The notes under the pieces were generated by a model. It was not told the DNA's origin and ran no database searches. It saw only the letters and a program-made list of their open reading frames with translations. 64,000 bases of DNA, from contig CAUQDZ010000002.1 of the NCBI GenBank assembly GCA_963517005.1, positions 12,198 to 76,197 of the forward strand, written 5' to 3'. Position 1 is the first letter of the stretch; each line of letters starts with the position of its first letter. Below are positions 22,652-32,928 of this stretch, one piece after another. The position numbers and the translations under genes are program-made. Origin of the DNA: an uncultured bacterium (GTDB lineage Bacteria > Patescibacteriota > Gracilibacteria > Absconditabacterales > Absconditicoccaceae).

Positions 22652-23665
22652 ATGTACAAGAGATTTTCTTTGGACGAGCTCCAGACAATTCAGAATGATT
22701 TTATCCCGCACTTGCAAGAGGTGATCAAGCGTGAGATTCGTAATCCTCGTGATCAAAATCTCAAAGCTTTCTTGAAACTTGCTTTTAGTGAAGGTGATGA
22801 GGTGTATTATTACTTTAGATCTGATGTAATCTTTTGGCTTTCCAAAACTGCAGAGGGATTAAGCTTTTTTGATGAGAGAGACAAGATCGAAGTTTTTTGT
22901 AAAAATAGTGAGGAAGAGTCAAAACTTATGAGAATGCTTCTCAAATTTGATCCAAAAAAACAGGAAAAAAACTGACAAAAGACAATTGAACAAATTTTGA
23001 TGGACGAATTCAAAACAGGGAAGTATTCGACTATTCTCGGAAAACCTTATTTAGTTTACGATATTGAAACTACCGTTGTTGATGATCTTAAATCTGCAAA
23101 ATATCTCCTCGGCTATGCAATGCATCCTAAAGGAGATCGTATGGAATACGAATGTGTTATGCAAGAAGATCTCAAAGATTTTGTAGATCGTATGCTTACT
23201 TTTGATGGATATATTATTGGATTCAATCAAATTTGGTTTGATAATCCAGTTTCTATCTATAATGTGGGATATGGACAAGCGGAAATCGATGAGCTTAATC
23301 GTAAGAGTATTGATTTGTATCTTTTCTTTCTTCATCTGACTAAAAAGAGAATCGGTCTCAATAAATTATCAGAAGCTTTGATTGGGGTAACAAAAACACT
23401 CTCTTCTGGGGCAGAAGGAGAAGTGCTCTGGAAACAATATCAAGAATCCTGAGATGAGTCACTACTCAATCAGTTCAAAGAATATTGTAAAAACGATGTG
23501 AGGATGACAGCTCTGGTGATGTTTTATTTCCTCTATTATTTAAAGATATTTCACGATGGACAGGAGTATAGTTATACTTTGCAAGAATTCGTAGCCTATT
23601 CAAATAATAATCAATCAAATGTCTCTGAGGACAAAAATATTCAAAATCAGTCAATTTTTGGCTAA
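22652..23665 (+). CDS. RNase H-fold 3'-5' exonuclease-like protein with an N-terminal extension
   Basis: Track ORFs 22583.. and 22997.. share frame 2 and are joined by TGA. Motifs: YDIETT, GFNQIWFDNP, and CKNDV after a further TGA (DEDD-type pattern). Stop TAA 23663-23665. Confidence 0.55.
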
Positions 23666-23692
23666 CTTTTTATCTATTACAATAATATCAAA

Positions 23693-24127
23693 ATGAGGTG
23701 CCCAAAATGTCAAAATATGGACTCAAAAGTAGTTGATTCAAGAATGATTGAGGAAGGTCAGGTAGTCAGAAGAAGGAGGGAATGTGAGTTTTGTTCACAT
23801 AGATTTACCACTTTTGAGAGAGTTGGAGTTGTCGAGCTAATCGTGGTCAAAAAAGATTGAACTAAAGAAATGTATGATCGTGCAAAACTTAAAAGAGCTG
23901 TGATGCTTGCCTTTGCCAAAAGAGCAATTCATCCTGAGGAGATTGATAAGTTGATTTCCTCACTCGAGATCAAATGGCAGGCTGAAAGCCCAGAAATTCC
24001 TAGTAAACAAATTTGATCTGATATTCTTGCTGCTCTTAAGGAGGTAGATCCTGTGGTGTATGTGAGATTTGCCTCAGTTTATCAGGATTTTGATAGTTTT
24101 GAGGATTTCAAGAGGCTTATTGTATAA
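23693..24127 (+). CDS. nrdR: transcriptional repressor NrdR
   Basis: [17 protein letters not shown]...[17 protein letters not shown] zinc ribbon plus ATP-cone. The two in-frame TGAs fall at VVKKD-G-T and SKQI-G-S, positions I recall as Gly in NrdR. Absent from the ORF track because of those TGAs. Confidence 0.9.
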
Positions 24128-24235
24128 CTTTCAAATAAAAGTTAAAAATCTCTTGCAATTTACAAAGTAGGCTATCTTATAGCTATCAAAAAACAAAAAA
24201 GAAGTCTGATTTTTCCCTTGTTTTTTCTTTCTTAA

Positions 24236-24251
24236 ATACTACATATAGTAT
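24236..24251 (+). promoter_or_regulatory. candidate NrdR box 1 upstream of nrdD
   Basis: ATACTACATATAGTAT palindrome, close to the NrdR-box consensus acaCwAtATaTwgtgt as I recall it. Confidence 0.5.
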
Positions 24252-24268
24252 CGTGTAAAGATTTTATT

Positions 24269-24284
24269 ACTAGATGTTGTGGTA
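24269..24284 (+). promoter_or_regulatory. candidate NrdR box 2 upstream of nrdD
   Basis: ACTAGATGTTGTGGTA (reverse complement TACCACAACATCTAGT) is a weaker match. It sits about 33 bp centre-to-centre from box 1, close to the usual three helical turns. Confidence 0.3.
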
Positions 24285-24378
24285 AGGAAAACAAGATATA
24301 AAATCAGATTTTTTAATTTTGTTTACAAAAATACACAACACAATGGAGTATTTTTATTCTATTTTATTGAGATTCCAG

Positions 24379-26514
24379 ATGATTACTCAAGTATTGAAAA
24401 GAAATGGTTCAGTTATGCCGTATGATCCACAAAAGATCCGCCTTGCTATCCAAAAAGCAAATCAAGAAGTGGAGTCTTCGCAGCAGGCAGAAGAGGTTCT
24501 TATAGATCAGCTTATTAGTCAGTTAGAAGTTGAGAAGTCAGGGCTAGTAAATATCGAGGAAATTCAAGATTTTATTGAATCTTTCTTGATTTGAGCAAAT
24601 AAAGCGCCTCTTGCTAAAAGATATATTATTTATCGCTATCAAAGAGCACTTATCAGAAAAGCAAATACTACTGATGATTCGATTTTAACACTCATCAGAA
24701 ATGACAATATCGAAGTTGGTCAAGAAAATTCAAATAAAGACTCAGCTATCGCTTCTACACAGAGAGATCTGATCGCGGGTGAGGTTTCCAAGGATCTTGC
24801 AAGAAGAATTATGCTCCCAGAATCTTTGGTAAAAGCTCATGATGAGTGAATTTTACATTTTCATGACATGGATTACTTTATCCAACCTATTTTCAATTGT
24901 TGTTTGGTCAATATCAAGGATATGTTTGATCATGGAACGGTTATGAACGGGAAGCTTGTCGAAAGTCCAAAAAGTTTTCAAGTTGCTTGTACTGTGATGA
25001 CGCAAATTATTGCATCTGTTGCATCTTCTCAGTACTGAGGGCAGTCAGTGAATATCAAGCACCTTGGGAAATATCTTTATCAAACAAAGCAAAAATATCT
25101 TAAAAAATATCAGCAAGAATTCTGATCTGAGATTTCAAGTGCTCAAATTCAAAAACTTGTTGACTCAAGAATTAAGGATGAACTTGCCTCTGGAGTACAA
25201 ACCATTCAATATCAGATCAATACTCTTATGACGACCAATGGTCAATCTCCATTCGTAACACTTTTCCTTGAACTTGACTCCCAAGATCCCTATCTAGAGG
25301 AGACTGCACAAGTTATTGAAGAAATCCTCAGACAGAGAATCACAGGAATTAAGAATGAAGCAGGAGTCTATGTTACACCGGCATTTCCAAAGCTCGTCTA
25401 TGTTTTAGATGAATGTAATGTACTTAAAGGTGGAAAATATGACTATCTCACAAAACTAGCGGTTCAATGCTCTTCCAAGAGAATGTATCCTGATTATATT
25501 TCTGCCAAAAAAATGAGAGAAAATTATGAAGGAAATGTGTTTTCTCCAATGGGATGTCGCTCTTTTCTTTCTCCACGAAAAGATCAAGACGGTAACTACA
25601 AATTTGAATGAAGATTTAATCAAGGAGTAGTAAGTTTGAATTTGCCGCAAATCGCACTTTTGACCAAGGGGGATGAAGTCAGATTTTTTGAACTTTTGGA
25701 TCAAAGGCTTAAACTTTGTTATGATGCATTGATGTTTAGACATCAAAAACTCAAGGGTACTACCTCAGATATTAGCCCAATTCATTGGCAATATGGCGCA
25801 ATCGCTAGACTCAAAAAAGGTGAAGTTATCGATAAATATTTGATGGATGGGTATTCTACACTTTCGCTCTGATATATCGGGATATATGAGGCTTCGAAGC
25901 TTATTACTGGTGTCTCTCATACTCAGCCAGAGGGAGAGGCCTTTGCACTCAAAGTAATGAAAACACTTGCTGACTCCTGTGAAAAACGAAAAAAAGAAAC
26001 CTGACTTTGATTCGGTTTATACTGAACTCCAGCAGAAAGCCTTTGTTATCGTTTTGCCAAGATAGATAAAAAGCGTTTTTGAGAAGTCAAAGATATTACA
26101 GATAAGGGCTATTATACCAATTCTTACCATGTTGATGTGAGAGAAGAGATTGATGCTATGAGCAAGTTCGTCTTTGAGTCACAGTTTCAAAAAATCTCTT
26201 CAGGATGAGCAATTTCCTATATTGAGATCCCAAATATGCAAAAAAACCTTCCTGCACTAGAGACTTTGGTTCAATTTATTTATGACAATATCCAGTATGC
26301 TGAGTTTAATACCAAATCTGATTATTGTCATGAATGCTGATTTGAAGGTGAAATCCTCGTAAATAGTGAATGAACTCGAGAATGCCCACAATGTCACAAT
26401 ACCAATCAGAGAAAAATGAATGTAACTCGTAGGACTTGTGGATATTTAGGAGAAAACTTTCGAAATCTTGGGAAAACCAAGGAGATTTCAAAGAGAGTCT
26501 TGCATGTGAGCTAG
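24379..26514 (+). CDS. nrdD: anaerobic ribonucleoside-triphosphate reductase (class III)
   Basis: Track ORFs 24319.., 25228.. and 25636.. share frame 1. I read every codon between them and on to TAG 26512-26514 with only TGA interruptions. ATP-cone at the N-terminus, NCCLVN, C-x-x-C...C-x-x-C, and glycyl-radical motif RRTCGYLG. Start ATG 24379 chosen (alternative 24343). Confidence 0.9.
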
Positions 26515-26689
26515 GTATTGTTAAAAAATAAATCAGAATAGCTGGATATTTATAAACTATGACTTCATGTCAGAGGAAGTATGGAGAAACAAAGAGTTTG
26601 ATTGTAGGAAGCAACTCGGTCTATAAGTTGTCGGAAAAGCTCCTAGATTGTAAGTACTATATTGATTTTTAGTTAAAGAGAAAGAGGGC

Positions 26690-27034
26690 TTATTCTCCCT
26701 CTTGTCTTATTAGATAGCTTAGTCTTCCTAGCCAAAGGCTTGTAATCGGATCTTGTTTAATTTCAAGATCGATTTCTTTCCAACCTGTTTGTTTTAGTAG
26801 TTGTCTTATATTTTCTTTGAGACTTTTTGGGTCTACATGTATAAAGAATTTACTTTTTATTAAAAGTTCTCTATACGTTAATTCACAACTGTAAGATACT
26901 CTCTTTGGATTGTAGGTTGTTAGAATGATAATCTTTTTTTGTTCTGGTATCCTCCCTTGTCTTGCGTAGAGGAAGGATGTTATTCTGTTTTCTAGCTCTT
27001 GTAGATTTATAGCATAGAATTTTCTTTTCTTCAT
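26690..27034 (-). CDS. hypothetical protein (114 aa) inserted between nrdD and nrdG on the opposite strand
   Basis: Clean ATG..TAA ORF with no TGA and no recognisable motif. Confidence 0.5.
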   Translation of the reverse strand: MKKRKFYAINLQELENRITSFLYARQGRIPEQKKIIILTTYNPKRVSYSCELTYRELLIKSKFFIHVDPKSLKENIRQLLKQTGWKEIDLEIKQDPITSLWLGRLSYLIRQEGE

Positions 27035-27286
27035 TTTTTAATGCTCCTATTAAACTTCTTATGAAGTCAGACTTTGAGCATTTTGGTCTGTTGGTTATTT
27101 TTTGTTTTCAATAACTACTATACTAATTATAGGGAGAAAGTCAAGATAAAAAACTGTTCTGATATTTTTAATTTATCTTTTGTCGAAGTTTGTTGAATTA
27201 TAGTTTTTTGGGGGAATCTCTTGATTTTTAGACTCCCTCGAGTAATATGTGTTTATCTATTTTTTTCAGTTGCTTATCATGGTAAA

Positions 27287-27874
27287 ATGCACTACGGAAC
27301 GATAAAAACAATGGATACTGCCAATGGTCCTGGACTCAGGGTTTCGCTGTTTGTGAGTGGCTGTCATCATGCTTGCCCAGGCTGTTTTAATGCTGAAGCT
27401 TGGAATTTTAAGTTTGGACAAGAATTTACGCAAGCAACTATTGACGAAATTATAAAAAAATTGGAGCCTGACTATATCACGGGTTTGACCTTACTTGGAG
27501 GGGAGCCGCTCGCTCCAGAAAATCAGTCTCAAGTTGCAGATCTCATCACGCAAGTTCGTAAAGAGCTTCCACACAAGACTATTCGATGCTATACAGGTTT
27601 TACTTACGATTTTCTCTGTAAAACTGATCCGAAAAAGCTTCCCTTTCTTGAGGATATTCTCTCTCAGATTGATGTCTTGATCGATGGGCGTTTTGAGCAG
27701 GATTTACTAGATCTCAAGCTCAAATTTAGAGGATCAAGAAATCAAAGAGTTATTGATATCCCAAAAACCCGTAAAAAGCATGAAATCATTTGGACAAATG
27801 CTATCGATGATCAGGATTTGTATCTTTTTAAGCCATCTCCTGAGCGAGAAAAATTTGCTTACTTGCTCCCTTAA
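27287..27874 (+). CDS. nrdG: anaerobic ribonucleotide reductase activating protein (radical SAM)
   Basis: MHYGTIKTMDTANGPGLRVSLFVSGCHHACPGCFN matches the NrdG N-terminus and Cys cluster. ATG 27287 lies inside track ORF 27221..27874. Confidence 0.9.
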   Translation: MHYGTIKTMDTANGPGLRVSLFVSGCHHACPGCFNAEAWNFKFGQEFTQATIDEIIKKLEPDYITGLTLLGGEPLAPENQSQVADLITQVRKELPHKTIRCYTGFTYDFLCKTDPKKLPFLEDILSQIDVLIDGRFEQDLLDLKLKFRGSRNQRVIDIPKTRKKHEIIWTNAIDDQDLYLFKPSPEREKFAYLLP

Positions 27875-27898
27875 TTTTTATCTTTTCCTTCCACTACT

Positions 27899-28591
27899 AT
27901 GACCACTTTTCAGCAAAAAAACAAAAAAATCTGAATCTTGACCGCGATGTCCGAGGAAGCTCAGTTCATTATTGATCTTTACTGATTAGAAAAAACACAC
28001 TCCTTGACAACGATCTCGTTTTATGAAAATGCTGAGATGGTGCTTGTTCTCGCAGGAGTAGGGAAGGTACAGGCAAGCATTGCGACAACGCTTTTAGTTC
28101 AAAATTACAGTCCAGAATTGTTAATTAATATCGGAATAGCAGGAAGTCTTCTATGACAAGATGCTAAAGTTTGAGATGTTTTTTTGATTGATAAAATTGT
28201 TCAGCACGATATGTATTTGCCGTTTGACTGATCTCATCTTGATTATGCCAAGGGAGCAATTCAGATTTCCTTTAATCCTCAGTTTGACTTTAAGGATTTT
28301 GATTTTACAGTATATCAGAGAGGAATTTGTCTTACTTGAGATCAGTTTCTCGATGATCAGCAAAAGGTGTCTCAACTCCACAAAGCTCGAAATGCACAAG
28401 TCGTAGAAATGGAAGCTTTTGCATTTGCCAGTGTTGCTCGTGAATTTTGAATATTAGAAAAAACCTTAATTATCAAGGCAATTTCTGATGGTGGAGATAC
28501 TGAGGCAAAGTCTGCTCATATGGATAATCTTGATTTTGCAATGCATAATTCACTTCTCGTTTTGCAAAAAGTAGTCAAGCATCTGATCTAG
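27899..28591 (+). CDS. mtnN: 5'-methylthioadenosine/S-adenosylhomocysteine nucleosidase
   Basis: Reconstructed through 7 in-frame TGAs, all codons read. KI-G-ILTAMSEEA, NIGIAGSL, VVEMEAFAFA are Pfs/MtnN-like. Stop TAG 28589-28591. Confidence 0.8.
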
Positions 28592-28601
28592 TCGCTTGTT
28601 C

Positions 28602-28901
28602 TTAGAATTTATCGAAAGTCTCATCAATTTTTTGATTTACACGATCCTTAATTCCATTTTTTGCATCGTCTTTGAGTTTTTTGTATTGTTTTTGAGCCTC
28701 AGTTTTTGCTTGATCAGCTACTTGGGTGGCTTGTGTTTTTGCACTATCGAGTGCTTGATTTGCAACAGTTGTTGCCTGCTCAAGTCCTGAGTTTGCTAGT
28801 GATTCGATCTGTTGCATATCAGGAGTTGTTAGATCATTGCCACATCCTGCAATTATAGATACCAAGGTAAGACCAAGGATTAAAGTCAGATTTTTATTCA
28901 T
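28602..28901 (-). CDS. small helical lipoprotein
   Basis: MNKNLTLILGLTLVSIIAGC is a lipobox signal, followed by an Ala/Gln/Lys-rich helical repeat. Confidence 0.6.
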   Translation of the reverse strand: MNKNLTLILGLTLVSIIAGCGNDLTTPDMQQIESLANSGLEQATTVANQALDSAKTQATQVADQAKTEAQKQYKKLKDDAKNGIKDRVNQKIDETFDKF

Positions 28902-29000
28902 TTTTTACAAAAAAGATCTAAAAGTCTGACTTCAACTATGCGATTTTTTTATTGAAAATCAAGAGAGAATAGCTAGACTTTAAGTATTTAGTTTTTTTAG

Positions 29001-29693
29001 ATGCTGATGAAGATTTTTTTGGTGTCGATTTTCCCTGAAATTTTTGAGAGTTTTCTTAAAACTTCACTCATTGCCAAGGCTCAGCAAAAGGGAATTCTTG
29101 AGTTTAAGATTATCAACCCCAGGGACTTTTGCACCGATAATCATCAACAAATCGATGATGAGATTTATGGTGGAGGTAAGGGGATGTTGCTCAAGGCTCA
29201 GCCGCTTATTGATACTATTAACCATATTATTGATAAAAATCAGCTCCAAAAATCAGATTTTTCGATTTTATTCCCCTCACCTTCTCCGCAAGTTTTCAAT
29301 CAAAAGATCGCCTATGGTCAGAGTAAAAAAGATGCTTTGATCTTTGTCTGTGGGAGGTATGAAGGAATTGATGCGAGATTTGAAGAGTATTGCTTATTTC
29401 ATTATCCAGATCAGTTTAAAAAGCTTTCTTTGGGACAGTTTATTTTGCTCGGAGGAGAACTGCCTTCTTGTGTGATGATCGAGGCAATAACGAGACTTAT
29501 TCCATGAGTGATAAAAGAAAAGCAAAGCCGAATTGAAGAAAGCTATACCATAAAAGATGGAATGTCTACACTCGAAGCACCAAATTATACTAGACCCGAA
29601 GAAGTATATGGGATGAAAGTTCCTAAGGTACTTTTAACCTGAGATTTGGAGGCTATTGCTCAGCGAAAGGTAGATAATACAATACATCTCTAG
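29001..29693 (+). CDS. trmD: tRNA (guanine37-N1)-methyltransferase
   Basis: IFLVSIFPEIFESF...IDDEIYGGGKGMLL... is typical TrmD. Read-through of TGA 29505-29507 gives RLIP-G-V, and a later TGA gives LLT-G-D. Stop TAG 29691-29693. Confidence 0.9.
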
Positions 29694-29717
29694 CTTTTTT
29701 ATTCCTCCCTTTACACA

Positions 29718-30062
29718 ATGACTTCCTTGCTCAAACAAAAAGGCTACCAATCAGAAAATCTAGTAAAAGAGCATTATCTCAAAGCAGGATATCATTTTCT
29801 TCATGCTAATCGAACGATTCCAGGAGGAGAAATTGATCTGATTTTTGAGTCGGCTTCCGAACTGATCTTTATCGAGGTCAAAACTGTAGATTATATCGAT
29901 GATTTGGACAATTATATTACAAAATCCAAGCTCAATGCTCTTTCTAGAACGGTCGATACTTATCTTGTGAAGTATCCAACTACCAAAGATATTAGGATCG
30001 ATATAGCATTTCTCCAGCAAGGAGAAATTATCGAAATCTATGAAAATATTACCAATTCCTAA
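29718..30062 (+). CDS. yraN: YraN-family (UPF0102) endonuclease-like protein
   Basis: ...GYQSENLVKEHYLKAGYHFLHANRTIPGGEIDLIFE....LIFIEVKT... is the UPF0102 pattern. Confidence 0.8.
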   Translation: MTSLLKQKGYQSENLVKEHYLKAGYHFLHANRTIPGGEIDLIFESASELIFIEVKTVDYIDDLDNYITKSKLNALSRTVDTYLVKYPTTKDIRIDIAFLQQGEIIEIYENITNS

Positions 30063-30092
30063 TTCAGATTTTTATCTTTTTTTCAAAAAAAT

Positions 30093-30545
30093 ATGCTTGT
30101 TCATTATACTTCTGTGGATCAAAAAACACAAGAAATCTGACTTGATACTTTGATCTCTGCTAGTCCCTATACAATTTTATATTTTTATCCCAAGGATAAT
30201 ACGCCAGGTTGTAGTTTAGAAGCAAGGACTTTTTCAGCATTGCTTCCGGATTTTCAGAAAAAACAAGTACAAATTATCGGGGTAAGTCGTGATAGTGCGG
30301 CATCGCATTGTTCTTTTATGGTAAAACAAGACTTAAAAATTGGCTTGATCACTGATTCTGAGCTTGTTCTACATCGTCAGTTTGCTGCTCGAGGAGAAAA
30401 GAAAAACTATGGGAAAATTTACGAAGGAACGATTAGATCTACTTTTTTGCTTGATTCTACGGGAAAAATCCTCAAAGAGCGAAGAAATGTTAAGGCTACG
30501 GGGCATGCCGAGAGAGTTCTCAAAGAAATCCAAGATTTGGTGTAA
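30093..30545 (+). CDS. bcp: thiol peroxidase Bcp/PrxQ-type peroxiredoxin
   Basis: YFYPKDNTPGCSLEA active-site motif. ATG 30093 joins track ORF 30150.. through one TGA. Confidence 0.85.
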
Positions 30546-30552
30546 TAAAAAA

Positions 30553-30579
30553 AGAGAAGTCAGTTTTCTTCTCTTTTTT
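30553..30579 (+). terminator. rho-independent terminator after bcp
   Basis: agagaag-tcagtttt-cttctct hairpin followed by a T-run. Confidence 0.65.
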
Positions 30580-30597
30580 GTCATTAAGTAATATTGT

Positions 30598-31353
30598 TTA
30601 GAAACAAATTACAGAACAAAAACCATCTTCCCCATTGTTAGAATTTTCATATAAAAATCGAGCTGTCTTTCATTGAGTTTTACTAGAGGATCAATCTGTA
30701 AAAATCTGACAAATATGCTTTGATCAATTATTTGCTACTGTACTGAGAGCACAAAAGTTATAGTCTCCAATTTTTTTTGATTTATTTATTAAGTTTTTTC
30801 TTGTTGTGGGATTTATAGTATTTCTTCAGACAGTATAAAAATCACTTTTATTATTAAGCATCATTGTATAGACATCATTTGAATCATCACACTCCACATC
30901 TTTTCCCTTACACATATAATATCTCCTATTAATAATAGTTGTGATGATATTATCAATTCTGTCAGTTGAAGTTCATCATCCACTTGGTAAATTATTAAGT
31001 TGTTTCTTTATTTCTTCAATTGTTTTGTCAATCCCTGATAATCTTGTTAAAATTGAGGTAATTTGACTGTTGATAGTTCAAATGTTAGTATTTGTAGTAT
31101 TGATTTTGTTATTGATAGCTACAAATTTATTTTCAAATGAGGAAACTTTTATTTTTATCCTTTTAAAAAAATCCAGCATCTCATCTCGCATTTCAGCACT
31201 TAATCTATTATTGTTTGCTGGATAGGTAGATTTTAATTTGCTAATTTCCGATTCACTAGGAAGAGTGTCTTGAGAACTTGCATAACTCTGAATTGCAAAA
31301 ATCGCTCATCCTGCAATGAGAAATCAAACAAGGACTAAAGCCAGTTTTTTCAT
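30598..31353 (-). CDS. secreted hypothetical protein (251 aa): coiled-coil N-half, Cys-rich C-half
   Basis: Not in the ORF track because it contains 9 in-frame TGAs. Signal peptide MKKLALVLV-G-FLIAG-G-AIFAIQSYA. 252 codons counted from ATG (rc) 31353 to TAA (rc) 30598-30600. Confidence 0.55.
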
Positions 31354-31414
31354 TTTTTTTGTCATAAAAAATATAAAAAGCTGAGTCTGTACCTCGTTTA
31401 TCTTCAAAATTTAT

Positions 31415-31612
31415 AAAAAATAAAAAAGACACATAACTCGTAAATGTGCCTACCAAGCGACAACCTGCTTTTTTCTATGAAAGAAATCAGTCAAGCTATG
31501 TGTCTAATTGCTTTCATAAATCAAAAAACGAGCAAATCGTCTTAGCTTGACGCTAAGAAAAATAATGGTTGAAAATTCCTTCAAATAAGGAATTATATGC
31601 TTGGTAGGCATC
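31415..31612 (-). promoter_or_regulatory. candidate structured leader / cis-regulatory RNA with mutually exclusive helices and a terminator-like 3' end
   Basis: 12-bp perfect long-range helix (31447-31458 with 31599-31610). 8-bp helix (31428-31435 with 31497-31504) that on the minus strand is followed by UUUUUUAUUUUUU. Local hairpins at 31540-31558 and 31574-31594. Confidence 0.35.
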
Positions 31613-31653
31613 TTCCTTATAGCAATTTCTCACCCAAAATCAAGCAAAAACAA

Positions 31654-31680
31654 CAAAAAAACTCTTCCCAAACGGAAGAG
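31654..31680 (-). terminator. rho-independent terminator (minus strand) after the 31687..32142 gene
   Basis: ctcttcc-caaac-ggaagag hairpin. The A-run on the plus strand is a T-run on the minus strand. Confidence 0.7.
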
Positions 31681-31686
31681 TGGTAA

Positions 31687-32142
31687 TTAGATTTTGAGTT
31701 TTCTCATTAGTTTATCGATGGTTGATTGCTCATAGTGATCAAGAGCTGGGAGATATTGATTGAGTTTTTGTGCAAATCTTTCGATATTTTCTGGACTATC
31801 GGTAATCGTAAAGACTTCATGATGGGAAGCAAAAACAAGGACAAAATTCAGAATTTTTTTGCTTTTAGCCTCTCATTCAAAGAGAAATCACTTGATTTGT
31901 GAATAGGTAAATTGACGATTTGCTATGTCAAGACTCGTTTCTCAGATCTGAATTTGGATCTTTTGAGTTACCTTAGTTTGCAAATAGGCATATCCTCAGA
32001 GCAAAAAGAGCAAAAAGATCGCTCAAATCATATTGTCGTAGACAAAACTTAGGATAATCAATCCAAAAATTCCCAAAACAAAGAGGATATATCGCCACTT
32101 TGGTCTCTCGAAAACTTCTCCATTATATACTTTGAGCATCAT
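31687..32142 (-). CDS. hypothetical membrane protein (151 aa)
   Basis: Reconstructed through 5 TGAs, 152 codons counted. Two hydrophobic helices near the N-terminus. Confidence 0.45.
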
Positions 32143-32163
32143 CAAAACTAGAGGAGTTAAAAA

Positions 32164-32820
32164 CTATTTTGTAGGAATGATATTCTTGATTGTTACATCA
32201 AAGATAAGGTCTTTACCTGCAAGTTCATGATTTGCATCTACTGTAACTTCCTTGTCGGTGATTTCAGTGATTGTTGCTGGCATATATCCACCGAGCATTA
32301 CTTGAGTCCCTACGGTTACTCCTGAGAGATCTCCAGCTTGTTCGCGAGGTATTTTACCGATAAGTTCTTCTTTTTTCTGACCATATGCTTTATCTGCTGG
32401 GATTTTTAATGTTTTGGTCTCACCTTCTTTCATTCCGATCACTCCAGCATCAAATCCAGCGATCATCTGACCGGCACCTACGGTAAATTCAAGTCCTGAC
32501 TTATAGTCTCTATTAGGATTATATTTTCCAGCAGCTTTTGCTACAGATTCTACACTCGTATCAAAGACATTACTTTCATCGAGTCTACCGATATAGTCTA
32601 CGATAACTTTGTCGCCTGATACAACTTTTGTTTTTTTGATATCTTTATTTGCTGCTGCCAAATAGTCTTTAATTGCTTGTTTTGCACTCATTTGTGTTCA
32701 AGTAGTAGATAAAGTTTGTTCTCCTGTTAATTCAGTTTGAGGAGTTTTGTTTTCTTTGTTTCCGCATCCTGCAAGTACCAAAGCACTAGCTAATGCAAGC
32801 ATAATCATTTGTTTTTTCAT
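32164..32820 (-). CDS. FKBP-type peptidyl-prolyl cis-trans isomerase, lipoprotein
   Basis: Track ORF 32164..32691 carries the FKBP core (VDYIGRL..G.VFDTS......F.VGAGQMIAGFD.GV.GMK.GE). Extending through one TGA adds MKKQMIMLALASALVLAGC, a lipobox signal. Confidence 0.85.
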
Positions 32821-32928
32821 TCTGTACTATGATTAAAAGATAAAAGATTTTTGTTTTTTTGCTTTTTACTTCTTCAAAAGAAGACAAAAGCTGATTACAA
32901 CTATATCTATTCTCAGGACAATAGCAAA

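Noticed and set aside
24319-26514. Reading the many short same-frame ORF fragments (nrdD, relA, pilB, MFS, giant genes) as pseudogenes disrupted by nonsense mutations.
   Set aside because: The interruptions are exclusively TGA, never TAA or TAG. They fall on conserved Gly positions, and essential genes (infA, rpoA, rpmJ, adk) are affected too. Codon reassignment explains everything.
26559-26672. 37-aa ORF (MTSCQRKYGETKSL...) downstream of nrdD.
   Set aside because: There is no motif, no obvious RBS and it is very short. It is mentioned only within the nrdD-nrdG insert finding.
27114-27132. actactatactaattatag upstream of nrdG, considered as a third NrdR box.
   Set aside because: It is only a partial palindrome (ctata...tatag) with poor agreement to the consensus, and in AT-rich DNA such matches are expected by chance.
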